NCBI GenBank assembly: GCA_003693705.1
Contig: RBZT01000514.1
Coordinates: 1 to 38,937, forward strand
Length of the DNA: 38,937 nucleotides
From: Polymyxa betae A26-41
Lineage: Eukaryota > Protista > Endomyxa: Phytomyxea
Direction of reading: 5' to 3'
This document shows positions 10,388 through 20,800 of the stretch, piece after piece (the stretch's first letter is position 1; each line of letters opens with the position of its first letter). Below the pieces are notes generated by a model that was given only the letters and a program-made list of their open reading frames with translations, had not been told where the DNA came from and made no database searches. Position numbers and translations under genes: made by a program.

Positions 10388-11106
10388 TCAGGCTTCTTGC
10401 GGGTTGGTTTCGAGATTGATGGAATTGCCGAACTTGGCATACAGGACGCCTTTCAGCGAGATCATCTCCTGATCGATCAGGGCGATCTGCGACTCGGTGT
10501 CTTCCGTCTCCGATTGCAGGCGTTCGCGAAGGCGCTCGACATAAGCTGTGGCGTCGTCCTCGGTCGATTCCACGAACACCGACCCGAATTTCAATAGCAG
10601 GCCGTCGTCATCCATCACCATCTCAACAGCAGAGGCGGCATCATTCAGGTTCTCAAGATGCTCCTAGACAAACTTTCAGTATGGCGATACATCTTTCCAC
10701 AAATGAAAGACACTATAATAAGCACAAGCAAAGGAACACTCATGGCTTGAACAAAATCAAAGGAAGACATTGAGAGACTTTCTGAAGAAGCAACGAATTT
10801 GATAAAGGTGACAAATAAGCTCTAATAGAAATAGATAGCTGCAGAGGGAAGGAATCTCTTTACAAACTGATATGTTTTTTTGGAATAAATTAAGAAGCGA
10901 AGTCGATAAACAAAATACTTTCTGCTTTCTCAGCTGATCTCGAAGCTCTTCAATCTTCAGGTTGAGCTGCCCGAACCGATTGATGCGCTTCTGGTCGTCC
11001 CAGGTGACATCCTGATTGGTAGGTTCAGCACCTCCCCTGCCCAGACCCTGTAATCGCCATTATCAGAACACTCATCGCTAGATGTTAACCAGCGTACCGC
11101 TTTCAT
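10388..11106 (-). CDS. PFDN4: Prefoldin subunit 4 (GIM3)
   Basis: DVTWDDQKRINRFGQLN...LENLNDA...LKFGSVFV...LKGVLYAKFGNSINLE. Exons 11106-11098 (9 nt), 11047-10919, 10663-10388. Confidence 0.95.
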
Positions 11107-11648
11107 GATGGATTACTTGCTGAAGTAAGACGGACGACGCCACGCAATCGTGAGCCCCGACGGCGATTTTCTCACAAAAATTTCCGACTGTTTTCTCACC
11201 TGCAGCAAAGAAGACACTAACAAATAAATACCAACAAAAGTTCAATTAAAATTTGCAATAACTGGAAGGCATTTATTAACGAAGCAAAACGCGATTCTGC
11301 ATAGACAGCATAGAATTCGCAATCGCTTCATGGATATGAATCGTCCATCCTCGCCTGACGACTATGACTGCGGCTGCTTTGCATCGAAACTGTGAGTGCA
11401 GAATGCGTCTGGGCAATCCCGAATCTCGGGACGGATGCGAAGGTCAAGGTAGTCTGAGATCGCGTCGCTGCACTCCGGCAGGTTTCTGTTTCTATCGGAA
11501 TACGAAATAAGTGAGGTGGCGGCGCCTCTTGCCCTGTCGCCTCGGTTCGGTACTTTGGCCTTTCCTCTTCTCTATCTCCATCTCATTCCGCTTAATTTGA
11601 TCGCCACCGTCGTCCCATCAGTCCATTTCGTAGCGGATTCGCCCAAAC

Positions 11649-12834
11649 ATGTCGTCCTCAGCACCTGCTCCCGATGCCGCTAAGGCAGGCGCTCCAGTAA
11701 AACCGGCGAAGAACCCATACTGGACGGCTGCCCAGCCGTTCGTCCTCGGCGGGTATCATATCCCGCTCTGTTTAGAAATGTGATTGAAGAATTGACCGTT
11801 GATAGTCTTTCCGGGATGATTGCCACAACCTGCATCCAGCCAATCGACATGGTTTGGTAGTATTGTGATCAATTGGTCCCGTGGAGCTTAGCATCATTCC
11901 CAGGTTAAAGTGTCGATTCAGCTTGAAGGAAAAGGCGGCATCACCAATCCATTCGTCATGTCACGCAAGTTGATCGCTCAGGAAGGCGTTTCTTCGCTGT
12001 ACCGCGGTCTATCTGCCGGCCTGCTTCGTCAGGCGACGTATACAACCGCTCGTATGGGATTATTCTCAACATTCGCTAACGCCATGTAAAAACCGCATCG
12101 CTCTCCGATTTTTGCTGAAGACGATGAATTTAGGAAGGATGAAAATGGCCAGATCACTTTCGCTAAACGTTCGGCTGCTGGTTTAATCGCTGGTGGTCTG
12201 GGCTCTATCATCGGCAACCCATGCGATCTGGCTCTAGTCAGAATGCAGGCCGATGCCGGTTTACCGAAAGCTGAACGACGTAACTACAAGAACGTTGTTG
12301 ATGCTTTGGTTCGTATCGTCAAAGTCGGTGATCATTTGCCTCAAATAAAAGTTTTCTTTTTTTCTCAACCTGATTTAGGAAGATGGTGTAGTAGGTCTCT
12401 GGTCTGGTTCCTTGCCTACCGTTCTTCGAGCAATGTCGTTAAACATGGGTATGCTTGCCACATACGACCAAGCGAAAGAGATGCTTGAGCAACAGTTCGG
12501 TAAGAGCGGATACACGACGTTTGCTGCATCGGGTGTGGCCGGTTTCTTCGCCTCGTTCATGTCGCTGCCCTTCGATTTCGTCAAGACCCGTATACAGAAA
12601 ATGAAACCGGACGCTCAAGGCAAAGTCCCCTATTCTGGCCCATTCAACTGTGCTGCCGTTGTCATTCGAGAAGAAGGCCCATTTGCATTCTACAAAGGGT
12701 TTTCAACATATTACTGTCAGTTTTTTTTTTGTAGTTTTATCATTTCGCTGATTTCTTATTTAGTCCGTATTGCTCCTCATGCAATGATTACATTGTTGGC
12801 AGTTGAGGCACTGAAGATCGTCATAGGTAACTAA
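11649..12834 (+). CDS. Mitochondrial 2-oxoglutarate/malate (DTC/SLC25A11-type) carrier
   Basis: Three carrier motifs (QPIDMVKV, NPCDLALVRMQAD, LPFDFVKTRIQ), plus GLSAGLLRQATYTTARMG, RAMSLNMGMLATYDQ and RIAPHAMITL. Several short introns. Confidence 0.95.
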
Positions 12835-12897
12835 GTGGCAATGGAATGATATCAAAATGTTAATAGCGCCTTTATACAATGTCAAATGCTTGGTTCT

Positions 12898-13380
12898 TTA
12901 TATTTGATTGTGTATGATCTTGTTTATCCTTCCATGCAAATCCGCGTGTTGTTGGTTCTGTCTTTTGCATTCTTTTAGCGCTTCCAACAGCCGATTGTTA
13001 CGCTGTTTGGATTCGTTAAGAGCCGCAATAACCTGCTTGTTCTTCTCTTCAACATAACCTTGAGCTGTGCTGGATTCCGCGAACGCCATTTCTGACACCA
13101 TCTCGCGTCGCATTCGCTCCAGTTCAGCTAACGTCCGAACCTGCGTGCGATTCCATTCCTCTGCTCGCTGGGTTAAAATCTGGGCAACATCATCCAGCTC
13201 AAGCGCCTTTCTTATTTCATCTGCGGACATTGTGATCTTGGCAACGTCATTTTGCACGAGATTCGGTCGCTTCTGATCGTCGTCTTCGTGGTATCGCTTT
13301 GCAGTGCTCTCAGTGTATGTTTGCGATTCTGAAGATTTAACCTGTTTTCGGCCGGTTTTTGGTTTGCTGATGGAAGGCAT
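12898..13380 (-). CDS. Hypothetical coiled-coil protein, 160 aa
   Basis: Intronless ATG-started ORF with a basic N-terminus and a heptad-rich C-terminal half. It fills the space between two genes. Confidence 0.7.
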   Translation of the reverse strand: MPSISKPKTGRKQVKSSESQTYTESTAKRYHEDDDQKRPNLVQNDVAKITMSADEIRKALELDDVAQILTQRAEEWNRTQVRTLAELERMRREMVSEMAFAESSTAQGYVEEKNKQVIAALNESKQRNNRLLEALKECKRQNQQHADLHGRINKIIHNQI

Positions 13381-13473
13381 ATTAAATAATTAATGAACTG
13401 TAATCGGAACCTGACGACATCATGTAGGTCAAGGAATTTTACTGATTATTCACGAGATTAATGGTTAATGGCC

Positions 13474-13968
13474 TCATGCCGGGGGCAACGTCTCGTTGGA
13501 CGCCGAGTTCGATTTCGGGACGGCGCTCTCATTGAACACGGTCGGCAGCAGATTATGTCTCGAGTAATACAGGACGCCGGCAGCGCCATGCAACGTGAAC
13601 ACGAGGAAGGCGGCGAACACGGACACGGCCGTGAACGCAGCCGGCAGCGCACGGGCGTACTGGACCGCCCAGGTCAGCAGGATCTGCCCGGTGAACACAA
13701 TGGAGGCCAGGACGACGCCAAACGCCATCTCGGTTCGCAGCGGCAGATGGACGATGAAGGCGGTGAGGGCGGCGGCCGCTGCGATCGTCAGGAATGACGT
13801 CCAGACCAGGTAGAATCGGACGGCGCCCGAGATCCAGCTTTGGCTGGATGCCGCCCAGGTCGAGATCGCCAACGCCGCTGTGAACGCATCGGTCGCGGCC
13901 AGCAAGCCGACCAGCGAGTGTGATTCGATCTTGCCGGAACTCCAAAGATTCAGAATCGTGGCCGACAT
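13474..13968 (-). CDS. Hypothetical 4-TM membrane protein (MARVEL-like topology)
   Basis: Four hydrophobic segments and GC-rich codon use from MSATIL. The ORF extends to 14202, so the start is uncertain. Confidence 0.75.
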   Translation of the reverse strand: MSATILNLWSSGKIESHSLVGLLAATDAFTAALAISTWAASSQSWISGAVRFYLVWTSFLTIAAAAALTAFIVHLPLRTEMAFGVVLASIVFTGQILLTWAVQYARALPAAFTAVSVFAAFLVFTLHGAAGVLYYSRHNLLPTVFNESAVPKSNSASNETLPPA

Positions 13969-14355
13969 CGTTGTCTGTTTGTTCTGCAACACAGCCAGGC
14001 GGGTAGGCGGGCAAGCAACCAGTCGTACTGGATCCAGAACAAAAAGGGGCCTCTGCGTGCTCAGCTCAGCGACTTGCTTGCCGTTACCCGTTCTCTGTAT
14101 CGTAATGATGTGCTGCTGTAAGAGGCCGAGCTGCGGTAGAGGCGAAGCGTCGGTCATTGCTGATCGAAGCGGGAGCCAGTACGAACTGCATCGTAGCGCC
14201 ATTTCATATATGCGTTACCGCGGCCTGCGAATCGATCATTTTGAGTCCCAGGTTGACTTCGTTTGCTTTTGACTAGGTTTAGGGTTTACAAGACTTGGGT
14301 AGAAATTGTTTTTTTTTCTTTTATCTGACAGCAAATATATTAGATATGCGACCGG

Positions 14356-14937
14356 TTAACTTAGGAATGAAGTCGGTGATGGCGGTCGCTGCTGTAAGCA
14401 TGTTTTGACGTCGAGGATAGGTTCGATATCAATGTGATCACGATTTCTATGTAGGCGAATGTGCGTGATCAGATTCGACTTCTGCGAGAACTGCTTTCGA
14501 CAGATGACGCATTCGAATGGACGGTCGCCGGTGTGCGTCATGAGATGGGTCTTAAGATGATGTCGTTGTGAGAACCTCTTGGCGCAGATCTCGCATGCCA
14601 GCGGTCGTTCGCCGGTGTGAACGCGAAGATGTGTCGTCAGATTGCATTGCTGGCTGAACTGTTTCTCGCAGATGCCGCACCGGAACGGGCGGTCGCCATT
14701 GTGAATGCGAATATGGGCGATTAGATGGCTTCGTTGTGTGAACGCTTTGTCACAGAATTCGCAAGCGAAGGGACGTTCCCCTGTGTGAACTCGGGCGTGC
14801 GTCGTCAAGATCGATTTGTACCGGAAGCATTTCCCGCAGATCGGGCAGGCATGGGGCTTCTCGTCGGTCTCCATCATTCCGGCCTGAGACGAATCATAAA
14901 CTGACGTTGTTTTGGGCTTCTCGTCGGTCTCCATCAT
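14356..14937 (-). CDS. C2H2 zinc-finger protein, 5 tandem fingers (paralog of 1698..2373)
   Basis: Five canonical fingers with TGERP/NGDRP linkers. The N-terminus carries a duplicated MMETDEKP. Confidence 0.93.
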   Translation of the reverse strand: MMETDEKPKTTSVYDSSQAGMMETDEKPHACPICGKCFRYKSILTTHARVHTGERPFACEFCDKAFTQRSHLIAHIRIHNGDRPFRCGICEKQFSQQCNLTTHLRVHTGERPLACEICAKRFSQRHHLKTHLMTHTGDRPFECVICRKQFSQKSNLITHIRLHRNRDHIDIEPILDVKTCLQQRPPSPTSFLS

Positions 14938-14969
14938 TCCGGCCTGAGACGATTCATAAACTGGCGTTG
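14854..14969. repeat. 60-bp tandem duplication spanning the ZF start codon
   Basis: GGGCTTCTCGTCGGTCTCCATCATTCCGGCCTGAGACGA(A/T)TCATAAACTG.. at 14854 and 14914. Confidence 0.95.
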
Positions 14970-15794
14970 ATTAGGGTTTGGGATGCCTGCTTTGAGTTCG
15001 ACGCTGGATTCCCTTCGTCGTTTTAGGTGATCGTTGACAGTCAGTTCGGGCCCCAGTCGGCCAACGTTACAAACGACAGTGCGCGCCAAGCGCGACAGTC
15101 ACAAGATAACGGTTCCACAGTTGGGCTGATGGGGCCTGGCTGTGCTTACCGGCACCCCTTTTTAACCAATATCGTTGAACGCTTCATCATTCACTTCAGA
15201 ACGATGAACGGCGATCGGGCTGACCTTAAAGGGTACGGCATTGCGTGCGCGGTTCTTTCACTGGATGGTCGACTGTCTGATCATGAATTGCCGGGGAGGC
15301 GCCGACAGAAATTCGACGCTTACCCTAGGCCCTTATCTATCTGGTTCGCCTTCGCTGCAGCCACGACTCATGCACAAAGGGATGTAGGTCGTTTTCCGAT
15401 TCGCTCTCGATTGCAGATTAGTAAGCAGTGCCTTATTTGGAATGTATTTTGCGATAACAGTTTCTGTTGATAATTAGATTGTATATTTATTACACATAAT
15501 AAAGCTGATCATTTTCATTGTTTCGGACCTATTTGAATTAATGAAATCATTCCCATCTTTTAGTTGTGAAGATGTCAACCACTTAACGGCATTCTGGTGA
15601 TCGGAAATTCTCCTTTTAAAGTTGCCAGATAGAGAGATAAAAGTATGATAGATGGGGTGTATTCCTGATAGTTCTGGAACTTCGCCGGAATACCAGAACT
15701 GGTCTAAGTGGCACTACTGCCCGTTGATTATATAACAGCAATTCTAGACAATTGTATTTCATTATGCAAGGTTCAATCTATTATAAATATATTG

Positions 15795-17457
15795 TTACAC
15801 AGATAAGGCTTGATCCACATCCTGATTATCAACAGTTGTTGAAGCAGCAGACGGCTGATTCTCGACCAGCGGCACAGCTGGACTAGCAGCATCACAGCAA
15901 CAATCGACCTGTTTTTGACGTTCATGTATACGCCGATCGAGTTCTAGAAGCTCAGCGTCCAACGAACGCGCACGTCGACGCAGATGCTGCTCGCGCTGCG
16001 CCAGTTCAGCGGTGAGAAGAGTTTGCCATCCGGAATGTGCCACACAATCCGCTCGTCGTTCATTGCAGAACTTGATCATCTCAGGGGTCTTCGGCAACGG
16101 AATCAGCCTTGAATAGTCGATGTCGGCCATGGCGAATGGATAAGCGCAAATCAGGCTTGGCGCCGATCCATCCAGATCGTCCTCATTTTGCCAAACTTCT
16201 TCAAAGCCGTTCAACAAATCCGAAACGAACGATTGGCCCAGATATCTTGCCGCCAGAATCCCGTTTCGTTTTTGCAAACATTCGTCGATATGCTCGCAAT
16301 ACGACGTCGTCGGGATGTCACCCTTGCACGACAAGCACAGCGACGACGACACGATTGGTAGGACGGCGTCGTCTGAGAAATCGTCACTCCTATGACAGAT
16401 CTCGATATCAATCGATGCCAATTGCTCAAAGCGAAGCTCCAATGAGCGACTCCTGGCGTGAGCAGAGGCGCTGCTGATCAGGCCCTGGCAGAGGCGAACG
16501 ATCTGGAGCGAGATCTCCGCATCCGTCCGAATGCGCTTCAGCTTCATGATGATCTGCTGATCGCGATCGTTCGGATCGTCGGCTTCAATATCGTCGAAGT
16601 CGTAGCCGGGGTCGTCGGCTACCATCAGCAGCGATTGCCGGGTATCACCGTCCTCGCTGGTTAGATCGATATCGCTGTCCAAGGCGGGGATGTCTGGGCC
16701 GGTCACCAGCTCGTCAGAGAGACGAGACGCCAAATCCCGGACAACAGCCATTCGGCGCTTGAGCGTATCCGGCGACATCATCGCCGAATACGATTTCGTG
16801 GACGATTGCGGCAACGAGATCATGCCTCGTTTCCGCTTCTTCTTTGGAACGATGCCCTCAGTAGTGCACGTCGGGCCTGGAGCAACATACTAAGATGCAA
16901 GAATACAACAGGCCCATGGAGCTGAACATACAGGTATAGAGCTGCATTCGCATGGCCTGTTGGGTTGTAATTCCAACACAATCGGGATGGAACCATCCAT
17001 CACATCGATCACATCCGATCATGAATTTATCAGCTTGATATGGCTTCCGGCATATGCAGTACAGCTCATCACCATGCACCATCTGACTCGAATCCTATCC
17101 AATATTCATCAAATCAAAGAACAGTTTAAAAATCCAGAGCATCAACAAGTAATGAAAAAAGTGATAAAGTCTGTCACTTACAGCAGTTATGTAGGCTCCT
17201 CGACTAGTATCAGATGTCTCACTGGCGTCATCAGCAATCGCATTAGCAGCAGCTCGAGAATTCGGTGGACGACCTCGTCTTGGCGGACGACCTCGCGGTC
17301 TACCTCGTCCCCTTGAACTTCTCGCCTTTGGTGACGACGTCCCATAATCATTGGACTGCGGCAGGCGTCGTTCCCTTTTCGGGCGAATTGTTCCAGACGC
17401 CAAGATAGGCTCGAAATTGGAATCGACGGGCGGATCGGTCTCTACAGATCCCGACAT
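15795..17457 (-). CDS. CXXC1: COMPASS subunit CFP1/SPP1-like: AT-hook(s) + PHD finger + Set1-interacting C-terminal domain
   Basis: PHD LYCICRKPY..FMIGCDRCDGWFHPDCVGI...YT|CPTC after splicing. C-terminal ICAYP...FCNERRADCVAHSGWQTLLTAEL plus a coiled coil, typical of Cfp1/Spp1. N-terminal RGRGRPRGRPPRRGRPP. Confidence 0.85.
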
Positions 17458-17651
17458 GCCGCCCTGATAATATTATAGAGCAGGAATGAGTTGATAAAAT
17501 GCCAGAATGGAACGAATCTCAGCACATCAGATTGATAATGCCCAAGACAAACTTGAGGATATATAATACACTGACTGCGGCACCAGCAACAACCTTACTG
17601 AAAACAAACTGCGCGCACTTTTAAACAAATTCATTTCTAGAATCCGGCTCT

Positions 17652-17837
17652 GGAAAAATCAACAAGTTGTTTTCTCACTTACCGATTGCGCAAATTAGCC
17701 ACTCTTTTTATTCATGGGATTGATTATTTAAAAATTCTGGCGGCTAGAAAAATCAACAAGATGTTTTCTCACTTTTACCAGTTGCGCAAATCAGCCACTC
17801 GTTTTGTTCATGGGATTGATAAACTTCTGGCGGCTAG
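17652..17837. repeat. Diverged tandem duplication (about 93 bp x 2) of the subtilase 3' end
   Basis: GAAAAATCAACAAG.TGTTTTCTCACTT..TTGCGCAAAT.AGCCACTC..TTCATGGGATTGAT..TTCTGGCGGCTAG occurs twice. The right copy contains the subtilase stop codon. Confidence 0.9.
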
Positions 17838-20800
17838 GACAGCTGCATCTTCTGGAGCTAATCGCCCGATTCCTACACTTGGAACTTGTTTTTGAGACTC
17901 TCTCGGTTTTATACACTGAAGCATAGTTTAATGGATTGCCTGGTACACTGAATAATTTCGCCCTTACCCGTGCACATGATAGAATGCAAACGATCACTAT
18001 GGTTGCAACAAGCGCACCGAATAGGAACATGTTGCCAACAATAGGATCATACCAGGGCGATGAATCTGAGCTTTTGTCCTCTTCAAATTCGATGTCCATG
18101 AGATCGACAGGGAACTCTCTCTTGACCTGCTCGCAAGATTGATTGAGATCGACAACTGCAACCTGTCCTAAACGGACATCAGCAATCTAGTCATTGCTTG
18201 AATTATTGATAAGGTACCAGTTATGAGTAAAGTATACGGCTGTGGTGCCTGGTGTAAGCTCGTAGCTGTGACCCGAACTATAACTGCATTGGATGATGTG
18301 GCATCGGTCAGCTCGATTCGCTCAACTGTATTCACACGATCCGGACCGTCCAATCCGTTCGCTTTGCAGAACTCAGACAACACAAAATGGCTGCCTATTT
18401 TCTCTTACGATGAATTGGTTCCGAGAGCTTTGTCGTGTTGGTTGCTGGGTTCTTTTTCTCATACTGCACCTGCAAATCTGCAATCCGTCGATATCACATC
18501 ATTATCATCAAAATCTGTACGATTTACCTAAATCATTGACAATGGCAACAGCGCTGAGTGGAGCAGCAGGATAATCAGTCCAGACTAAAGTGAACCGGGG
18601 TAGATACTTAACAATTGTCAAAGCACCGAATACAGAAAATAAACTTGCTTACTTTTTTGCTGTTCCCGAGAATGCAGACTTTATATTCATGATACTGTCC
18701 AGGGGTGTTGAATTCAGGATCTCGATATGGTGCCTGTTCTTTATAACCAGCAATGAACAACTCGAACCGAGATTGGCTTGTAAACTTCAAAACCCTATCC
18801 AGCTGCGTTCGGCCAAATCCCTGAACGATGCTAAGAATTTGGTTTGCTTCTAAAACTATCAATACCTGGACAAAGTCGGGAGTCGGCCTCAGAGGACGGT
18901 AATCATGATCCAATTGATTTCCGTAATCCCTGAAGCCTGTCAAGGCGACAGCTCCAGCTACTACGTCGATATTAGCAAGAGCGAAAAACTTCCAAAAGGT
19001 GGGTATTTACCTGCAACAGCTTTGAGCAATGCTGCCGATGGATTGAATGCCACTCCAGTTCTCTTGACACCTGTGGGATAGAATCCTTCTGCAAAGTATT
19101 GTCTTACCAATGCTACATCATCTTACACACCAGTTTTGAATGCCGATCATTACAAAAAATCACCTAAAGTTGAGGCCAAAACCGGGGCCGACATTGATGT
19201 CCCAGCATGAGCCAGTAGCAATCTCGATATCTCCAGCTCACAGCTCTCAGCCTGATCAGGTGCGTTTTTGGCCGAATAAATGTAGTAGCCAGGAGCGACG
19301 ACGTCCGGTTTTATACGACCGTCTGCAGTTGGTCCCATTGAAGAGAAGTAGGCCTGTAATAAACCTGAGAAAGGTTGATAACAAAAAAACCAACCAGACC
19401 ACGTCGTTTTCGGTGAGACGGGTATTTTTCGAACGAGCTTGTTGGCAAACGTAATAGTTCGGCGAATATCCGGATTCACAGAACACCTCTTCGAACGATT
19501 GTGCTGAAGAAACCGAAGCGCCAACGCATAGAGCGTTCTGAAGAACATTCAGCTCAGACGAGACCCGGATTTTCAATAAACCTTTGCATTGCCCGGACTG
19601 GAAATCTGTTTCTCCCCAAGTGTGCCATTATTCCCAGCAGCGAATATCGGAAGGAAATCTGCACAGAGCTTCAATAGAAACGCTAAACCACCCAGAATGC
19701 CAGACCTTTATGCTCCCATGCGAATTTATCAACATCGACTAAAGTTGCATGTTATACATAGAATGTGACACTGAATAGCTCTGTGGCTTACATGCATCGA
19801 CGTTATATAGAACTGTTGGGCTCCCCCAAGAGTTGCTGTGAATTCGAGCTCCAGCCGCATAACTGTGCCCCATAATCAGTAAAACTGATTTGGTTTACTT
19901 TGATGACATACGCCCAGCCGAAATAAGACTCATCCAGCACTTTCGGAATATTAAGGCCATTCAACACTTCTTTCTCGGATATCTATCGAGAAGTTATTTC
20001 AATGGCAGGAAGCAGATCAACGTTGGTCAAATACGTCGAAAAATGCCAATTTCGCGTCCATAGCAATGCCTAAGTAGCGTCAATAGTTAGCCAGTATTTG
20101 GGTCAGATAGCAGCCTGACCTGAGAACTGGTCGATGGTCCTAAGCTTGTCCGACTTATAATCCCATGGCTTTCCGACCAGCGTCCCAGCTACATGCGTCC
20201 CATGGCCATCCCTATCGGCGAGATCAGAATTCCATATAACGCGTGATAGACAAGCGGCTAACAATACGGCAGTGTGTTCTGTAAAAGTGACATATTGCAC
20301 AATTTTTCTGTGATTCGGATTAAACGAATCACCAGAAAAGCTGTTAGTGTTGTAATGGACAAAAGGAATCGGCCGCTCAGGATCGTGCTGGAAGCCCATC
20401 AGAGGATTAAACGAGCTTAAAATCCGGTAACCTACAAAGAAGCAATGATCGGGATCCAAACCCGTATCACCGCATCCGATGATCTGATAAAAAAATTCAG
20501 GATTTTTTACTTGGCGGGAAAAAAAGCGACCTGTCCAGATCCTGATAGCTCTGATAATGCTGAGGGCATTAAATCAGACCTTCGATTCCCATACTATAAA
20601 GATTTCAATGAACAGCACAGAGAGAGAAGGGGATGTTCCCTTACTCGAGCAATCTTGTCAGAGTAATGATTTAACTTCTGTCGGAATGGAACGAGATAGA
20701 GGTAGATAATCTCATTTCTCAGAGACAGTTCAGACAGAATCAAATCATAAGTTGTTGGCGATGCTTTGAAACAGACTTCAATACGATCCTTTGACAAAGA

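Noticed and set aside
9605-10597. Many overlapping ORFs on both strands
   Set aside because: Stop-poor shadows of GC-rich LRR and PFDN4 exons.
14356-14937. PRDM9-like hotspot specifier
   Set aside because: No PR/SET or KRAB domain, and the fingers are conserved rather than minisatellite-like.
15027-15470. 147-aa plus-strand ORF
   Set aside because: Non-ATG start, no recognisable motif, lies in the ZF2 upstream region.
15590-15730. RNase P/MRP RNA, hammerhead, TPP riboswitch or H/ACA snoRNA
   Set aside because: GGAAATTC and CTGATAG are only partial matches. The required partner motifs (CR-V, GAAA, CUGAGA, terminal ACA) are absent.
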